Made by a program: the position numbers and the translations under genes | In this document: one piece after another, positions 44,728 to 53,492 of the stretch | Layout of the letters: every line of letters begins with the position of its first letter | Position numbering within the stretch: the stretch's first letter is position 1 | The notes under the pieces: model-generated | Databases searched by the model: none | The model's input: the letters and a program-made list of their open reading frames with translations, nothing else | What the model was told of the DNA's origin: nothing | Virus record (IMG/VR): IMGVR_UViG_3300043411_000921 | Location: 1 to 64,000 of that record | Length of the DNA stretch: 64,000 nucleotides | Strand: one strand, 5' to 3'

Positions 44728-44984
44728 TTTTCCTTCCCCTCACTCAACAGCACAACCGTTCTGGCCATGTCTCTGTCCCCCAGACCGTAAACAAATCCCA
44801 ATTTGCCATTTTTTGGGAACAGAATCTCCCAACCCCCGTCTGCTTCGAAGCTAACGACAACAAACAAGTCATTCCTTCTCAAGCCGTTTATGTCGTATTG
44901 TCTCAAGCCAGTTATGTCGCAGTTGTTGTTGAGGTACACAGCCCAGTTCCCACCAACAAACCGATACAATCCTCCGACTTTCAT
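44724..44984 (-). CDS. Array-family protein (KDG sub-family)
   Basis: KVGGLY; NDLFVVV; ILFPKNGKLGF. Confidence 0.75.
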   Translation of the reverse strand: MKVGGLYRFVGGNWAVYLNNNCDITGLRQYDINGLRRNDLFVVVSFEADGGWEILFPKNGKLGFVYGLGDRDMARTVVLLSEGKEK

Positions 44985-45228
44985 TCCTCGATCTCCACTT
45001 CTTTGATGAGTGACATTACGATTTTTACGTTGAGTTTCGGAACAAACCCACGTTGACCATCTTTGGAGACTAAAATTTCCGTGTAGATGTCGTCAGTAAA
45101 AGCAATAATGACAAAAAATCACCTTGAACCAACTTGGAGGCAATGCGAATAGATCTTGAATCGGTGTTTTCCCATACGTCCAAATCATAATAAGATGTTA
45201 GCATCTGATACATTCCACCGATTTTCAT
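44981..45228 (-). pseudogene. KDG sub-family gene split by a 1-nt loss in a T6 run
   Basis: MKIGGMY..QGDF | FVII..EILVSKDGQRGF..EIEE*; A6 at 45113-45118. Confidence 0.8.
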
Positions 45229-45488
45229 TCTTCGATCTCCACCTTTACCACCACGCCCTCTAGCAACAACTCGTTCAGAGTGTGAAAAAAGCCACGTTGA
45301 CCGTCTTTGGAAACTAGGATTTCATCGAAACCATTACGACCTTTGCCAAGAAAAACAAAGTGATCTCCACGGCATAACCTGCTGACTGTCTCAGCAGGGT
45401 CGTCGAGTTCGAGCATATCAGTTTCCCAGACGGCACGGCCATCGGCCCCGTGTTTTGAAACAACCCGATATAGACTACCAATCTTCAT
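45225..45488 (-). CDS. Array-family protein (KDG sub-family)
   Basis: KIGSLY; RGDHFVFL; ILVSKDGQRGF. Confidence 0.75.
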   Translation of the reverse strand: MKIGSLYRVVSKHGADGRAVWETDMLELDDPAETVSRLCRGDHFVFLGKGRNGFDEILVSKDGQRGFFHTLNELLLEGVVVKVEIEE

Positions 45489-45745
45489 TCCTCAACCTCC
45501 TTCACCTCTTCAACCTCGCCATCTTCAATTTTCTGATCGAGTCGAGAAATAAATCCACGTTTGCCGTCCTTGGAGACTAAAATTTCCCAATAATTGTCCC
45601 CAGCACCACATGAATCTGAGTTGAGAAGAACAAACAAATCTCCCACATCCAACAAAGAAGCTTTGCTAAAATCATGAGGTGCGGTATTCAGCCAAACAGG
45701 CTGATCATAATCAAGATTCCGATACAAACCACCAGCTTTCAACAT
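45485..45745 (-). CDS. Array-family protein (KDG sub-family)
   Basis: KAGGLY; VGDLFVLL; ILVSKDGKRGF. Confidence 0.75.
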   Translation of the reverse strand: MLKAGGLYRNLDYDQPVWLNTAPHDFSKASLLDVGDLFVLLNSDSCGAGDNYWEILVSKDGKRGFISRLDQKIEDGEVEEVKEVEE

Positions 45746-45755
45746 ACCAACTCCT

Positions 45756-46223
45756 TCACTTCCTGGGATCGGTGATGTTCAGCACACCAAACTCATCATT
45801 AGAAATCGTGTAAGTCGCACGACGAACACCATAAGAGAACAACACAGCCTGACACATCGGACAAGGCTTTGCCATAGCAATCAAAGGATTCTCAACCGAA
45901 TCCAAACGCAGACGACGAATCACAAACACCTTGCTACCAGTCAAATCAATCTTCTTCCGACAATTCAGAACAGCATCAATCTCTGCGTGGATGGTGCAAG
46001 GCTTGGAAGCACGATGCGAATTGTGTTGAGAATAACGTCGCTGGAGACCGGAGGATGCCTTATCCCGGCCATTGAATCCGACAGACAGAATCTTCCCACC
46101 CGAAACAATCAAAGCCGTCAGATAAGCCTGGAGACCGACATCATACTCATGCCCACGAGACAGCTTGATCGCCTCCAAAATGAACTTGTTGAAAACCATA
46201 CCGTTCTTGTCAGTCTCAATCAT
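45756..46223 (-). CDS. Zn-dependent deaminase (cytidine/dCMP/TadA-like fold)
   Basis: SVGFN, HAE, KPCPMC. Confidence 0.85.
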   Translation of the reverse strand: MIETDKNGMVFNKFILEAIKLSRGHEYDVGLQAYLTALIVSGGKILSVGFNGRDKASSGLQRRYSQHNSHRASKPCTIHAEIDAVLNCRKKIDLTGSKVFVIRRLRLDSVENPLIAMAKPCPMCQAVLFSYGVRRATYTISNDEFGVLNITDPRK

Positions 46224-46506
46224 GGTAGACCACCTTCCAGCCATCAAACGAAATCACCAGAAAATGACCGAATTGCGTGAGAACTTCACGCATCAATGGA
46301 CAAGAAAAGTCACTGTTGATATTCAAGTGAAGCTCTTCCATCTCGAAATCAAGAAAACCAATTGTGATTCCGAGGTAGTTGAAGGATCGACCATCAAACA
46401 CCAAGCCATCAACAGAAAATGGCTCGTTGCCACCATATCCTTGCACGAAGGCAAGAAGAGCAAGAGCCATCTTCCGAACATATTTTACAGTCTTGGCGTG
46501 GTTCAT
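46216..46506 (-). CDS. Hypothetical protein
   Basis: Couples to the deaminase start. Confidence 0.55.
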   Translation of the reverse strand: MNHAKTVKYVRKMALALLAFVQGYGGNEPFSVDGLVFDGRSFNYLGITIGFLDFEMEELHLNINSDFSCPLMREVLTQFGHFLVISFDGWKVVYHD

Positions 46507-46560
46507 GGGGAGAAGGTACCACAGAGTCGCCAAAACCACAAGAGAATTTTCCTGGAGGAA

Positions 46561-47616
46561 TTACTTTTCGATCACTCCACCGCCGAACACAGTGTCATCC
46601 TCACCATAAAGCACCAAGCTCTGACCAGGAGAAACCCCGTAGACCATTTCCTGAAATTCAACCACCATCCGGGAATTGTCTGGATCGCCAGGAAGGGGTC
46701 TAATCGCCTTAACAGGGGCCGGAACACCTCGGTACCTCATCACACCCCACAGAGGAATATCCGTGGCACCAGAAACGATCCTGGAGCGATTGATGACCAC
46801 CTCCGTCTGTCCCATGTCCTCCTTCGACCCAACCAACACCTCATTGCTGGAAGGCAACACCTTCAACACAAAACGAGGAGAGGAAGAACCAGCAATCTTT
46901 GCACGCTGACCAGGAACAAAGTTGGAAAAACCTTCATGGATTCCAACAACATTTCCCGTGCCGTTGTCAACAAACTTTCCTGCGGCTGGAGGAATGTGCT
47001 TCTCCAAGAATTCGGCTTTGGTTCCTCCTTCAAAGAAACAAAGGTCGTGACTGTCCTTCTTCTTGGAAACAGAAGTCAAACCAAATTCTTCTGCCAATTT
47101 CCTGGTGTCATCCTTGGAAGGAATATCCCCAAGAGGAAAAATAAAACGCTCAAGGATCTTTGGATCAGCTTCCCAGAGGAAGTAGCTTTGGTCTTTTGCA
47201 AGGTTGGCAGCACGAGCAATCCGACCATTCTTGATCCGAGCATAATGACCAGTTGCAACCATGTCGCAATGAAGATGGTTGGCAACAGCAAAAAGCACGG
47301 GAAGCTTCACAGTGGAATTGCAAGTCACGCAGGGATTGTAAGCAATCCCCTCCTTGGCACCGGCGACATACTGGTCAATGACGTTGTTCTTGAAAACCTT
47401 CTTCCAGTTGGTAACGAGGTATTCAACACCAATGGTGTCACAAACCATCTGAGCATCTCGAATATCCTTGAAGGTACAACAGCCTTCGCTCTCGTCGCCC
47501 TTGGTTGTTTCCAGGAGTTTGAGAGTGTAACCAAAGACCTCGTGACCATCACGCTTGAGAAGAGCAGCAACAACTGCCGAGTCAACACCACCAGACATTC
47601 CAACAAGAATCTTCAT
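46561..47616 (-). CDS. mnmA: tRNA 2-thiouridine(34) synthase MnmA
   Basis: PP-loop GMSGGVDS, GCC, NPCVTCN, ATGHYA, KDQSYFL, DSHDLCF, SPGQ. Confidence 0.92.
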   Translation of the reverse strand: MKILVGMSGGVDSAVVAALLKRDGHEVFGYTLKLLETTKGDESEGCCTFKDIRDAQMVCDTIGVEYLVTNWKKVFKNNVIDQYVAGAKEGIAYNPCVTCNSTVKLPVLFAVANHLHCDMVATGHYARIKNGRIARAANLAKDQSYFLWEADPKILERFIFPLGDIPSKDDTRKLAEEFGLTSVSKKKDSHDLCFFEGGTKAEFLEKHIPPAAGKFVDNGTGNVVGIHEGFSNFVPGQRAKIAGSSSPRFVLKVLPSSNEVLVGSKEDMGQTEVVINRSRIVSGATDIPLWGVMRYRGVPAPVKAIRPLPGDPDNSRMVVEFQEMVYGVSPGQSLVLYGEDDTVFGGGVIEK

Positions 47617-48095
47617 GGAACGAAATTCTTTCTTCGAGAGTTTACGAGTTGCCAGCAATCCTGACAGTAAGTGCCAAAACTGCTTTGTTTTACTGGTTGA
47701 GTATCTTCCCCACAACTGGTGCAGGTTTTATCTGCCATTCTCTCCGCAACCCGAACAAGATCGTGGATGTGGTGTCGAAGTTGCTCGACTTCTTCTGGGA
47801 GAGGAACTCCTAACACGTCTTCTGGTAGGCCGTCAACCTCAATCACGAAATAAACTCTGAGACCTCCAAACTTCTCCTTGATCTGTTCAATGGTCACGAT
47901 GTCAAACTGGACTCCGTAACCACGGACAAGTCTTTGTGTCTGTTCACAAAGAAACAGGATGATCTTGTGCCATCCCAGTGGAACGGAAGCATCTGGATAA
48001 CGGTTGCCAAACAGGTTGGAGTAGTGAGCGTTGAGGAACTCATAGTATTCCTCATGTGTCTTTGGAATTGGTGTTGCTCGTGTTAGAATTGGCAT
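47613..48095 (-). CDS. Conserved phage protein (QIKEKFGGLRxY ... CxxC/CxxC family)
   Basis: PLGW, EQIKEKFGGLRVY, TCTSCG, YCQDC. Confidence 0.75.
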   Translation of the reverse strand: MPILTRATPIPKTHEEYYEFLNAHYSNLFGNRYPDASVPLGWHKIILFLCEQTQRLVRGYGVQFDIVTIEQIKEKFGGLRVYFVIEVDGLPEDVLGVPLPEEVEQLRHHIHDLVRVAERMADKTCTSCGEDTQPVKQSSFGTYCQDCWQLVNSRRKNFVP

Positions 48096-48358
48096 TAAAG
48101 TATCTCCTCTGCGCTCTCTGTCTCGACTGGTTCAAAACGAAAGTGGAAGTTGCCACACCACAAATACGTTTTTCCGTCAACAACTCTCAAAACGAGGTAC
48201 ACATCGCCTCTTTTGAATTGTGGTTCATGCCTCAAAAACACAACCATCTCACCCAGTTTTGGAAAGGAGTAAGATCCATTCTCTTCACTGGGTTGTAGTT
48301 CAAGAACTGTTGTAATGGAACGGTATAGTCCACCGATCTTGGGGTCTGCAAGCATCAC
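48095..48358 (-). CDS. Array-family protein
   Basis: PKIGGLY; LGEMVVFL; VVDGK. Confidence 0.7.
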   Translation of the reverse strand: MMLADPKIGGLYRSITTVLELQPSEENGSYSFPKLGEMVVFLRHEPQFKRGDVYLVLRVVDGKTYLWCGNFHFRFEPVETESAEEIL

Positions 48359-48615
48359 TTATCCAGCCTGTTTGAAATTTCCTGTTCCCAAACACTGACA
48401 CCTCGTTCATCGGAATAAGGATACATGTCAATTACACCAACATTTCCTTCAGTTGTGAGCACGAGAATCTCAGCCGAGATTTTCTGAAAACCAAGAATAA
48501 CGACTTTGACTCCACAATACAAAAAACGTGGCCGGTTTGAGACCAAATCAATGAAAAGGCGTTTTTCCCGCAACTCAATCAGGGCGCCAATGTGATTCTC
48601 ACTCGTGTGATTCAC
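48355..48615 (-). CDS. Array-family protein
   Basis: HIGALI; VLTTEGNVG. Confidence 0.7.
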   Translation of the reverse strand: MNHTSENHIGALIELREKRLFIDLVSNRPRFLYCGVKVVILGFQKISAEILVLTTEGNVGVIDMYPYSDERGVSVWEQEISNRLDK

Positions 48616-48889
48616 TGGATTCCTCAGTTGGTTGCGGCTTTACCAAAAGACGAACAAAAGAAGACCAGAAAGCTGGATCCTCCTGGTCGCAGTTGTTCAT
48701 ATAGGCTTGATGCCCAACCATCGGAAGCAAAACTGCTATTCCGTTGCAAAACCCATAATCGGCTCTGTGATATGAGAGAAACACGAACGTTATTCCTGGA
48801 CCCAAGTGACACATAAATTCACCATCGGTGTGGTATACCGCGAAGTTGTCACTGACGATTTCATACAAACCATTTTCGATAAATTCCAC
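48599..48889 (-). CDS. Array-family protein
   Basis: ENGLY; PGITFVFL; LLPMVG. Confidence 0.65.
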   Translation of the reverse strand: MEFIENGLYEIVSDNFAVYHTDGEFMCHLGPGITFVFLSYHRADYGFCNGIAVLLPMVGHQAYMNNCDQEDPAFWSSFVRLLVKPQPTEESSESHE

Positions 48890-48893
48890 CGTT

Positions 48894-49157
48894 TCACTTC
48901 TCCTCGTCAGAACATTTCACTGGGGCAATGCCGTTCCAAACATCAGGAACTCTGAAGTAATACTCTCCAACCATTCCCGCAATTAAAATTCGTAGTAGAT
49001 TCGTTGTTTGATAGCCGAGGCAAAGAAACATTGCCCCGGCTTCAAAATCTTCTTTCCACACAAAACCGTTCCCGTCCCAACAATAAACTGAATAGGTTGC
49101 GTGGAGTCTGACCTGATACAAACCTCCAATTTGCCATTCCATTGTTTTACCGCTCAA
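48894..49157 (-). CDS. Array-family protein
   Basis: QIGGLY; AGAMFLCLG. Confidence 0.7.
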   Translation of the reverse strand: MSGKTMEWQIGGLYQVRLHATYSVYCWDGNGFVWKEDFEAGAMFLCLGYQTTNLLRILIAGMVGEYYFRVPDVWNGIAPVKCSDEEK

Positions 49158-49395
49158 CCTTCAATTTGAGAAAGTATTTGAGAAAATTCTTGTGAACGAG
49201 TGCGGTTCCGCCGTATGACTCGTAAGTCAGCCCACCCCTCCGCCGCCAAGCCTTGCGTTGTTCACTTAGTCGAACAGGCTGAACGGAGTAAAACTCGCCA
49301 TCAAACCCTTCAAACCTTACCAAAGATTGAGGATCAAGTTGAGTCCAAACAGGCAATGCGTCTGCTTGGATTGGAAAGCAGGGGATACCAGTCAT
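49147..49395 (-). CDS. Hypothetical protein
   Basis: Start uncertain. Confidence 0.5.
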   Translation of the reverse strand: MTGIPCFPIQADALPVWTQLDPQSLVRFEGFDGEFYSVQPVRLSEQRKAWRRRGGLTYESYGGTALVHKNFLKYFLKLKVER

Positions 49396-49515
49396 TTCGG
49401 GTTCTCCATAGAACCTACCAACAACTTGATAGACAATCGTCTGAAGGATTACAGTTTCAGGAGTGAGTGAGGAGGTAGTAATACCCATGACGAGTGAGTA
49501 CCACGCCCTCAACCA

Positions 49516-49776
49516 TCAGTCAAGATTCTTTTCCAGTCTTGCAATCAATCTTTTCAGTCTGGAACAAGTTTGAGAAAGGATGTGTCTGTTGGCCGAGCCT
49601 CTTTCATAAACACTCTTCAGTGCTTCCAAGTGCATCAAGGTCTTGCAAAGCATATCGTAGTGTTTCTTGGTTTCAACCCCAACAGTTTTGTCTCCGTAAA
49701 CGAAGTCGTCTTTTCCTTGAGTTTGTTTCCTTCGTACGAAGGTTTTCTTGTAAAGAACTTCGCTCAGGGATTTCAT
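49516..49776 (-). CDS. Hypothetical protein (putative late)
   Basis: ATGA coupling; MKSLSEVL. Confidence 0.6.
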   Translation of the reverse strand: MKSLSEVLYKKTFVRRKQTQGKDDFVYGDKTVGVETKKHYDMLCKTLMHLEALKSVYERGSANRHILSQTCSRLKRLIARLEKNLD

Positions 49777-50261
49777 TGTGCTGGTTGCGGTGGAGGAGCA
49801 GCGGCGACTTCGGGTGCTGGAGCGGGTGCTGGTGGTGCAGCGGGTTGTTCGGGTGTTGCTGGAGGAGGGTTCGGTTGTGCAATATCTGGTTGTTGGTTTT
49901 GAACGATTGCTCCGATTGTTTTCAGAGATTCATTCAGTTTGGTTTGTTCGTCTGGTGGAAGCTTTTGATACCAGTTTGAGAGGTTGGCATAAACGGCTGG
50001 ATCCGAGAAACTCTTTCCAGAACGAATAATGTTCAGCCTTTCGAGGATGTTGTCAAGAGTAAGAGCTTCTCCGGTTTCTGCGTCGGTTGCAACGCCTGTT
50101 GGAGTTGGGGATGCACCAGCTTCTGGTGCCGCAGCAACGGGTTCAGGAGGCGCAGGAGGGGCCGCTGCTGGATCTGGTGGAGGTGGAGATGCTTGTTGTT
50201 CTCGAAGGGCTTGTGCGGCCTCCAGGAGCGTCAGGGCGATGATTGATTTTCTCAGAGTCAT
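49773..50261 (-). CDS. Putative late/virion protein, Pro/Ala-rich
   Basis: TATTTA 5 nt upstream; LTLLEA; core LNIIRSGKSF. Confidence 0.75.
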   Translation of the reverse strand: MTLRKSIIALTLLEAAQALREQQASPPPPDPAAAPPAPPEPVAAAPEAGASPTPTGVATDAETGEALTLDNILERLNIIRSGKSFSDPAVYANLSNWYQKLPPDEQTKLNESLKTIGAIVQNQQPDIAQPNPPPATPEQPAAPPAPAPAPEVAAAPPPQPAQ

Positions 50262-50285
50262 TGCCCTAAATAGCCATCCTCCTTA

Positions 50286-50840
50286 TCAGAAGTCAAGCCA
50301 CTGGCTTCTAACGCGACATATAAAATCTACTTGAAACAATCCAAGTGTTTCCTTGACTGGCGTAGCAAAAAACTGATGCCAGAACGCAAAACTAACCTCG
50401 AACACACCGAATTCCACTCCATCCCATCCAAAAAAACAGAGAAACAGCCCTCCTGTGCTTCCGCTGTTGTTAGCCTTGGCTTTGTAGATTTCGTTTAGAG
50501 ACTTGGTGTCCACGATTCCACTGAACAAACAAACAGTGCAAAGGCTGTCGATTTCTTTCTTTTCGTCGAGCTTGAAACTGTTTAGGATTACTTCCGCCAA
50601 GGGAGAATCAAGAGAGACGGTTGGCGAAACAAAATCTCTGTAACCGCCGCCACTTCCCAAAGAAATCTCCTTTGATTCCTTCAACCATGCCCTGCAATCC
50701 TCAGCACTGTTAAAAAACAAAGCTCTAAGAGGCTTTGTCTCTGGTTTCGTAGGAGGAAGTGGCTGCTCTGGCGAAATGATTTCTGGGGTTTCATCAGAAA
50801 CATAGAGGCGATTGCCCTGATCATCAATCTGGACTTTCAT
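50286..50840 (-). CDS. Hypothetical protein
   Basis: 184-aa ORF in operon. Confidence 0.6.
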   Translation of the reverse strand: MKVQIDDQGNRLYVSDETPEIISPEQPLPPTKPETKPLRALFFNSAEDCRAWLKESKEISLGSGGGYRDFVSPTVSLDSPLAEVILNSFKLDEKKEIDSLCTVCLFSGIVDTKSLNEIYKAKANNSGSTGGLFLCFFGWDGVEFGVFEVSFAFWHQFFATPVKETLGLFQVDFICRVRSQWLDF

Positions 50841-50867
50841 GGAAAATTGAATCCTGTTGGTTTGGGT

Positions 50868-51221
50868 TTAGAGGCGAATGGTTGGAAGTTGCGAAGAAGA
50901 AGGAAGGTGAATTGCGGAGACTTTGTTTGCTTGATCGCAGATGTCGTAAACAAGAATCTCCAGCAAATCTTTTGAAGCGTCTGGTTTGTGTTCCACGACA
51001 ACCTGGAGAGTATCGTTCCCAACCATTTTTAGGTGAAGGTGAACGGTTTTGTCGTGGTGAAGGCCCATGATGTAAAACATCATGGTGTTCATGTCTTCCT
51101 TAGATTCAAATTTCAAGTCAAAAGAACAGTGTTGCCCATCTGACTGAAGATTGTGAAGCAAGGTCGTGTCAATCCCCTCAACCAAGGAGGGGAACAGACG
51201 CTTGAGAACACTTGAAAGCAT
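50868..51221 (-). CDS. Hypothetical protein
   Basis: ORF in operon. Confidence 0.55.
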   Translation of the reverse strand: MLSSVLKRLFPSLVEGIDTTLLHNLQSDGQHCSFDLKFESKEDMNTMMFYIMGLHHDKTVHLHLKMVGNDTLQVVVEHKPDASKDLLEILVYDICDQANKVSAIHLPSSSQLPTIRL

Positions 51222-51241
51222 ACAGAATTTACTTTCTGGGA

Positions 51242-52576
51242 TTAACGTTTCTTGGAAGCAAGATACGCGGCATATCGAGCATCACTTGCTGCTTTCTCTG
51301 CCGCTTTAGCTTCTGCTCTCTTGGCTGCTGCCTTTTCTTTCGCCGCCAGTTTTGTTGCAGCTTTCTCTTCCTCAGATTTTGCAGGTCGTCCAACACGCAC
51401 GATTGTATCGAACAATTCCTTCCTTGCTGACTTCACTTCCGCATCAGCATCAATGAACTCTCCCAGAGAGTTGAAGTTGGTTTGTTTGCCCGATTCAGAA
51501 GCGAATGAAGCTTTCAAAGATTCAAAAGCCGCTTCCCACTGTTTGGAACTCTTGGCTGGATTCTTGGCGGTGAGAATCAACAAGTCCAAAACAGTAAACT
51601 CTCCGTGTTCCTTTGAAAGGGCATCAACAAAGACTGGAAGCTCGTTGTTGTTGAACTTCTCAACGCCGTGGTTCTTCAGCCCGGCAACAAAGTTTTGCAC
51701 ACCTTTTTCAAGTGCTGTGTAACGCTCGTCATCATTGTCAACATCCACAATGCCTTTCAGGGCTGGGAGCATGGAGTCAACAAACAACTCGGTGTAGTTT
51801 CCAGTTGCTTCATCTGCCAGAGAGTTGAGAACTTCAATGTCAGCAAGAGCATCTGCTTTGTCTTCATCAGACACGTTCTGGTTTTTGAGAAACATGAGGA
51901 GTTGAAAAACTTCTGGTTTGCTAAGGCGTTCCTTAGCTCGGTCCAAGCGGGCATGGACACCTCCCGTTGTTCCAATCTCGGTGGGATCCGCTGCAAGCAT
52001 GTCGCCAACATTTCTGATAAGCTTATCGCCTTCTCGCCCACCCGGTCTCACCCCAGCATCTTCAACTTCTCCCGACGCCGTTGATTCTGCTTCTTCCTCT
52101 TCGTCGCCACCACGGAGCTTGTAGTTTGCCACAGCTTTTGAAGACAGGTTTTTCAGAACAGACTTGTCTGCAACATACTGTTGCAGCACAGTTGCCACTG
52201 GATCAGGCGAAGAACGAAGGCTTCCGCCACCAAAAAACAACTCACGTTCTTTGTTCAATTCCTCAATGAATTGATCTGGTTTATCCATCAATGGAGTCAG
52301 ACGCGCAATGGCATTGGCTCGTGCTTCTGGTTCCAGGTAAATCCTGGAAGCTGGTGTGTTTGTTGGGCTGTTGAGTTCCTTCATCACACGACGAACAAAG
52401 TCGTGCTTGGTAACAGATGGAGTAACCTCCGTCGTCGGGGTTCCTGTTGGAAACTCATTCCAGAATTCTGGGTAGTTGCTTCCGCGATACACAGCTTCCT
52501 TGATAATCGCAAACCTGGAAACAAACTCCTTCCTAACCATCTGACGAATTTGTTCCCGATATTGTTCCATACTCAT
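51242..52576 (-). CDS. Putative late/virion protein with Ala/Lys-rich C-terminus
   Basis: TATTTG upstream; REQIRQMVRKE; GRPAK..AAKKR tail. Confidence 0.75.
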   Translation of the reverse strand: MSMEQYREQIRQMVRKEFVSRFAIIKEAVYRGSNYPEFWNEFPTGTPTTEVTPSVTKHDFVRRVMKELNSPTNTPASRIYLEPEARANAIARLTPLMDKPDQFIEELNKERELFFGGGSLRSSPDPVATVLQQYVADKSVLKNLSSKAVANYKLRGGDEEEEAESTASGEVEDAGVRPGGREGDKLIRNVGDMLAADPTEIGTTGGVHARLDRAKERLSKPEVFQLLMFLKNQNVSDEDKADALADIEVLNSLADEATGNYTELFVDSMLPALKGIVDVDNDDERYTALEKGVQNFVAGLKNHGVEKFNNNELPVFVDALSKEHGEFTVLDLLILTAKNPAKSSKQWEAAFESLKASFASESGKQTNFNSLGEFIDADAEVKSARKELFDTIVRVGRPAKSEEEKAATKLAAKEKAAAKRAEAKAAEKAASDARYAAYLASKKR

Positions 52577-52605
52577 TTGTTCTTCAAATACTCCTGTTTT
52601 TGTAA

Positions 52606-53454
52606 CTACTGTTCGATGAACTCAAAGAAATCTTGTCCTTGCTTGATCCAGTGTTGGATTCCTGCTTCGTCAACATTGACACAGTTAGAAGGCTTCGGCA
52701 AGAAAGAGTTGCCGGTTGATACGAACTTGGCTCTACTCGTCGTTAGTGGTTCGAGGTGGCTTTCTGGCAGGAGATAAACCCAGGCGATAGCTTCCCTCAT
52801 CATTTCCGTTTCGTGGCAGTAATAAGCCACCTCGAACCGTTCTCGGGTATATAGAATTCCGTTGCTCTCAAGAATATCAAGGCGACGAAGAGTATTGCGG
52901 CTGACAGAATACAATTCTCCAGCAATGCCACTTTCACTCTCTCCAGCAACCCTCACAACCGCTGGACAAAATCCAAGATCAACCAGCTTTAGGTTTGAAT
53001 CTTTAATGGTGCCAGCACCAAGAAACTGCGAGCCCTCCAACAAGGAATGATTTCCAAAACCCTGTTTGAGAGTTCCATACACAAACACAAACTCTTCATC
53101 TTTGAGAGCGGTATCATATTCGCCTTCCTCTTCTTCAAAGCGAACTTCCCGATATTCCTCCAACCAACCCTCAACCTCATCATCGTCAGACAATGACCAA
53201 AGTTCAGACTCCAGAGCTTCCAGCCGTGTCTTCTCTTTTCGGCGGATATGAGAATCGGGTTGCATCCTGGAACCACAATGAGGACACTTCACCGAACGTT
53301 CCTCAGAAGCATATCGAAACGCTTCATGCAAGGTCATTTCTGTGTAAGTTCCATCCTCTCTCGGGTTGGAATCAAACCAACAGGTTTTGGATGACTTGGT
53401 GTTGCAGTAGAAACGAATATGATATTCGTCGGATGGGACGAGAGTTTCCTTCAT
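52606..53454 (-). CDS. Gamma-glutamylcyclotransferase (AIG2/GGCT-like) with N-terminal Zn ribbon
   Basis: VFVYGTLKQGFGNH, GELY, LDILE..Y.R, AWVY; CPHCG; leaderless promoter TTGACA-17-TACTCT at 53462-53490. Confidence 0.85.
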   Translation of the reverse strand: MKETLVPSDEYHIRFYCNTKSSKTCWFDSNPREDGTYTEMTLHEAFRYASEERSVKCPHCGSRMQPDSHIRRKEKTRLEALESELWSLSDDDEVEGWLEEYREVRFEEEEGEYDTALKDEEFVFVYGTLKQGFGNHSLLEGSQFLGAGTIKDSNLKLVDLGFCPAVVRVAGESESGIAGELYSVSRNTLRRLDILESNGILYTRERFEVAYYCHETEMMREAIAWVYLLPESHLEPLTTSRAKFVSTGNSFLPKPSNCVNVDEAGIQHWIKQGQDFFEFIEQ

Positions 53455-53492
53455 GACCTGGAGAGTACCAACAAGACCTGTCCATGTCAACC

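Noticed and set aside
46165-47664. 499-aa plus-strand ORF
   Set aside because: Antisense to mnmA; no recognisable motifs; explained by codon bias
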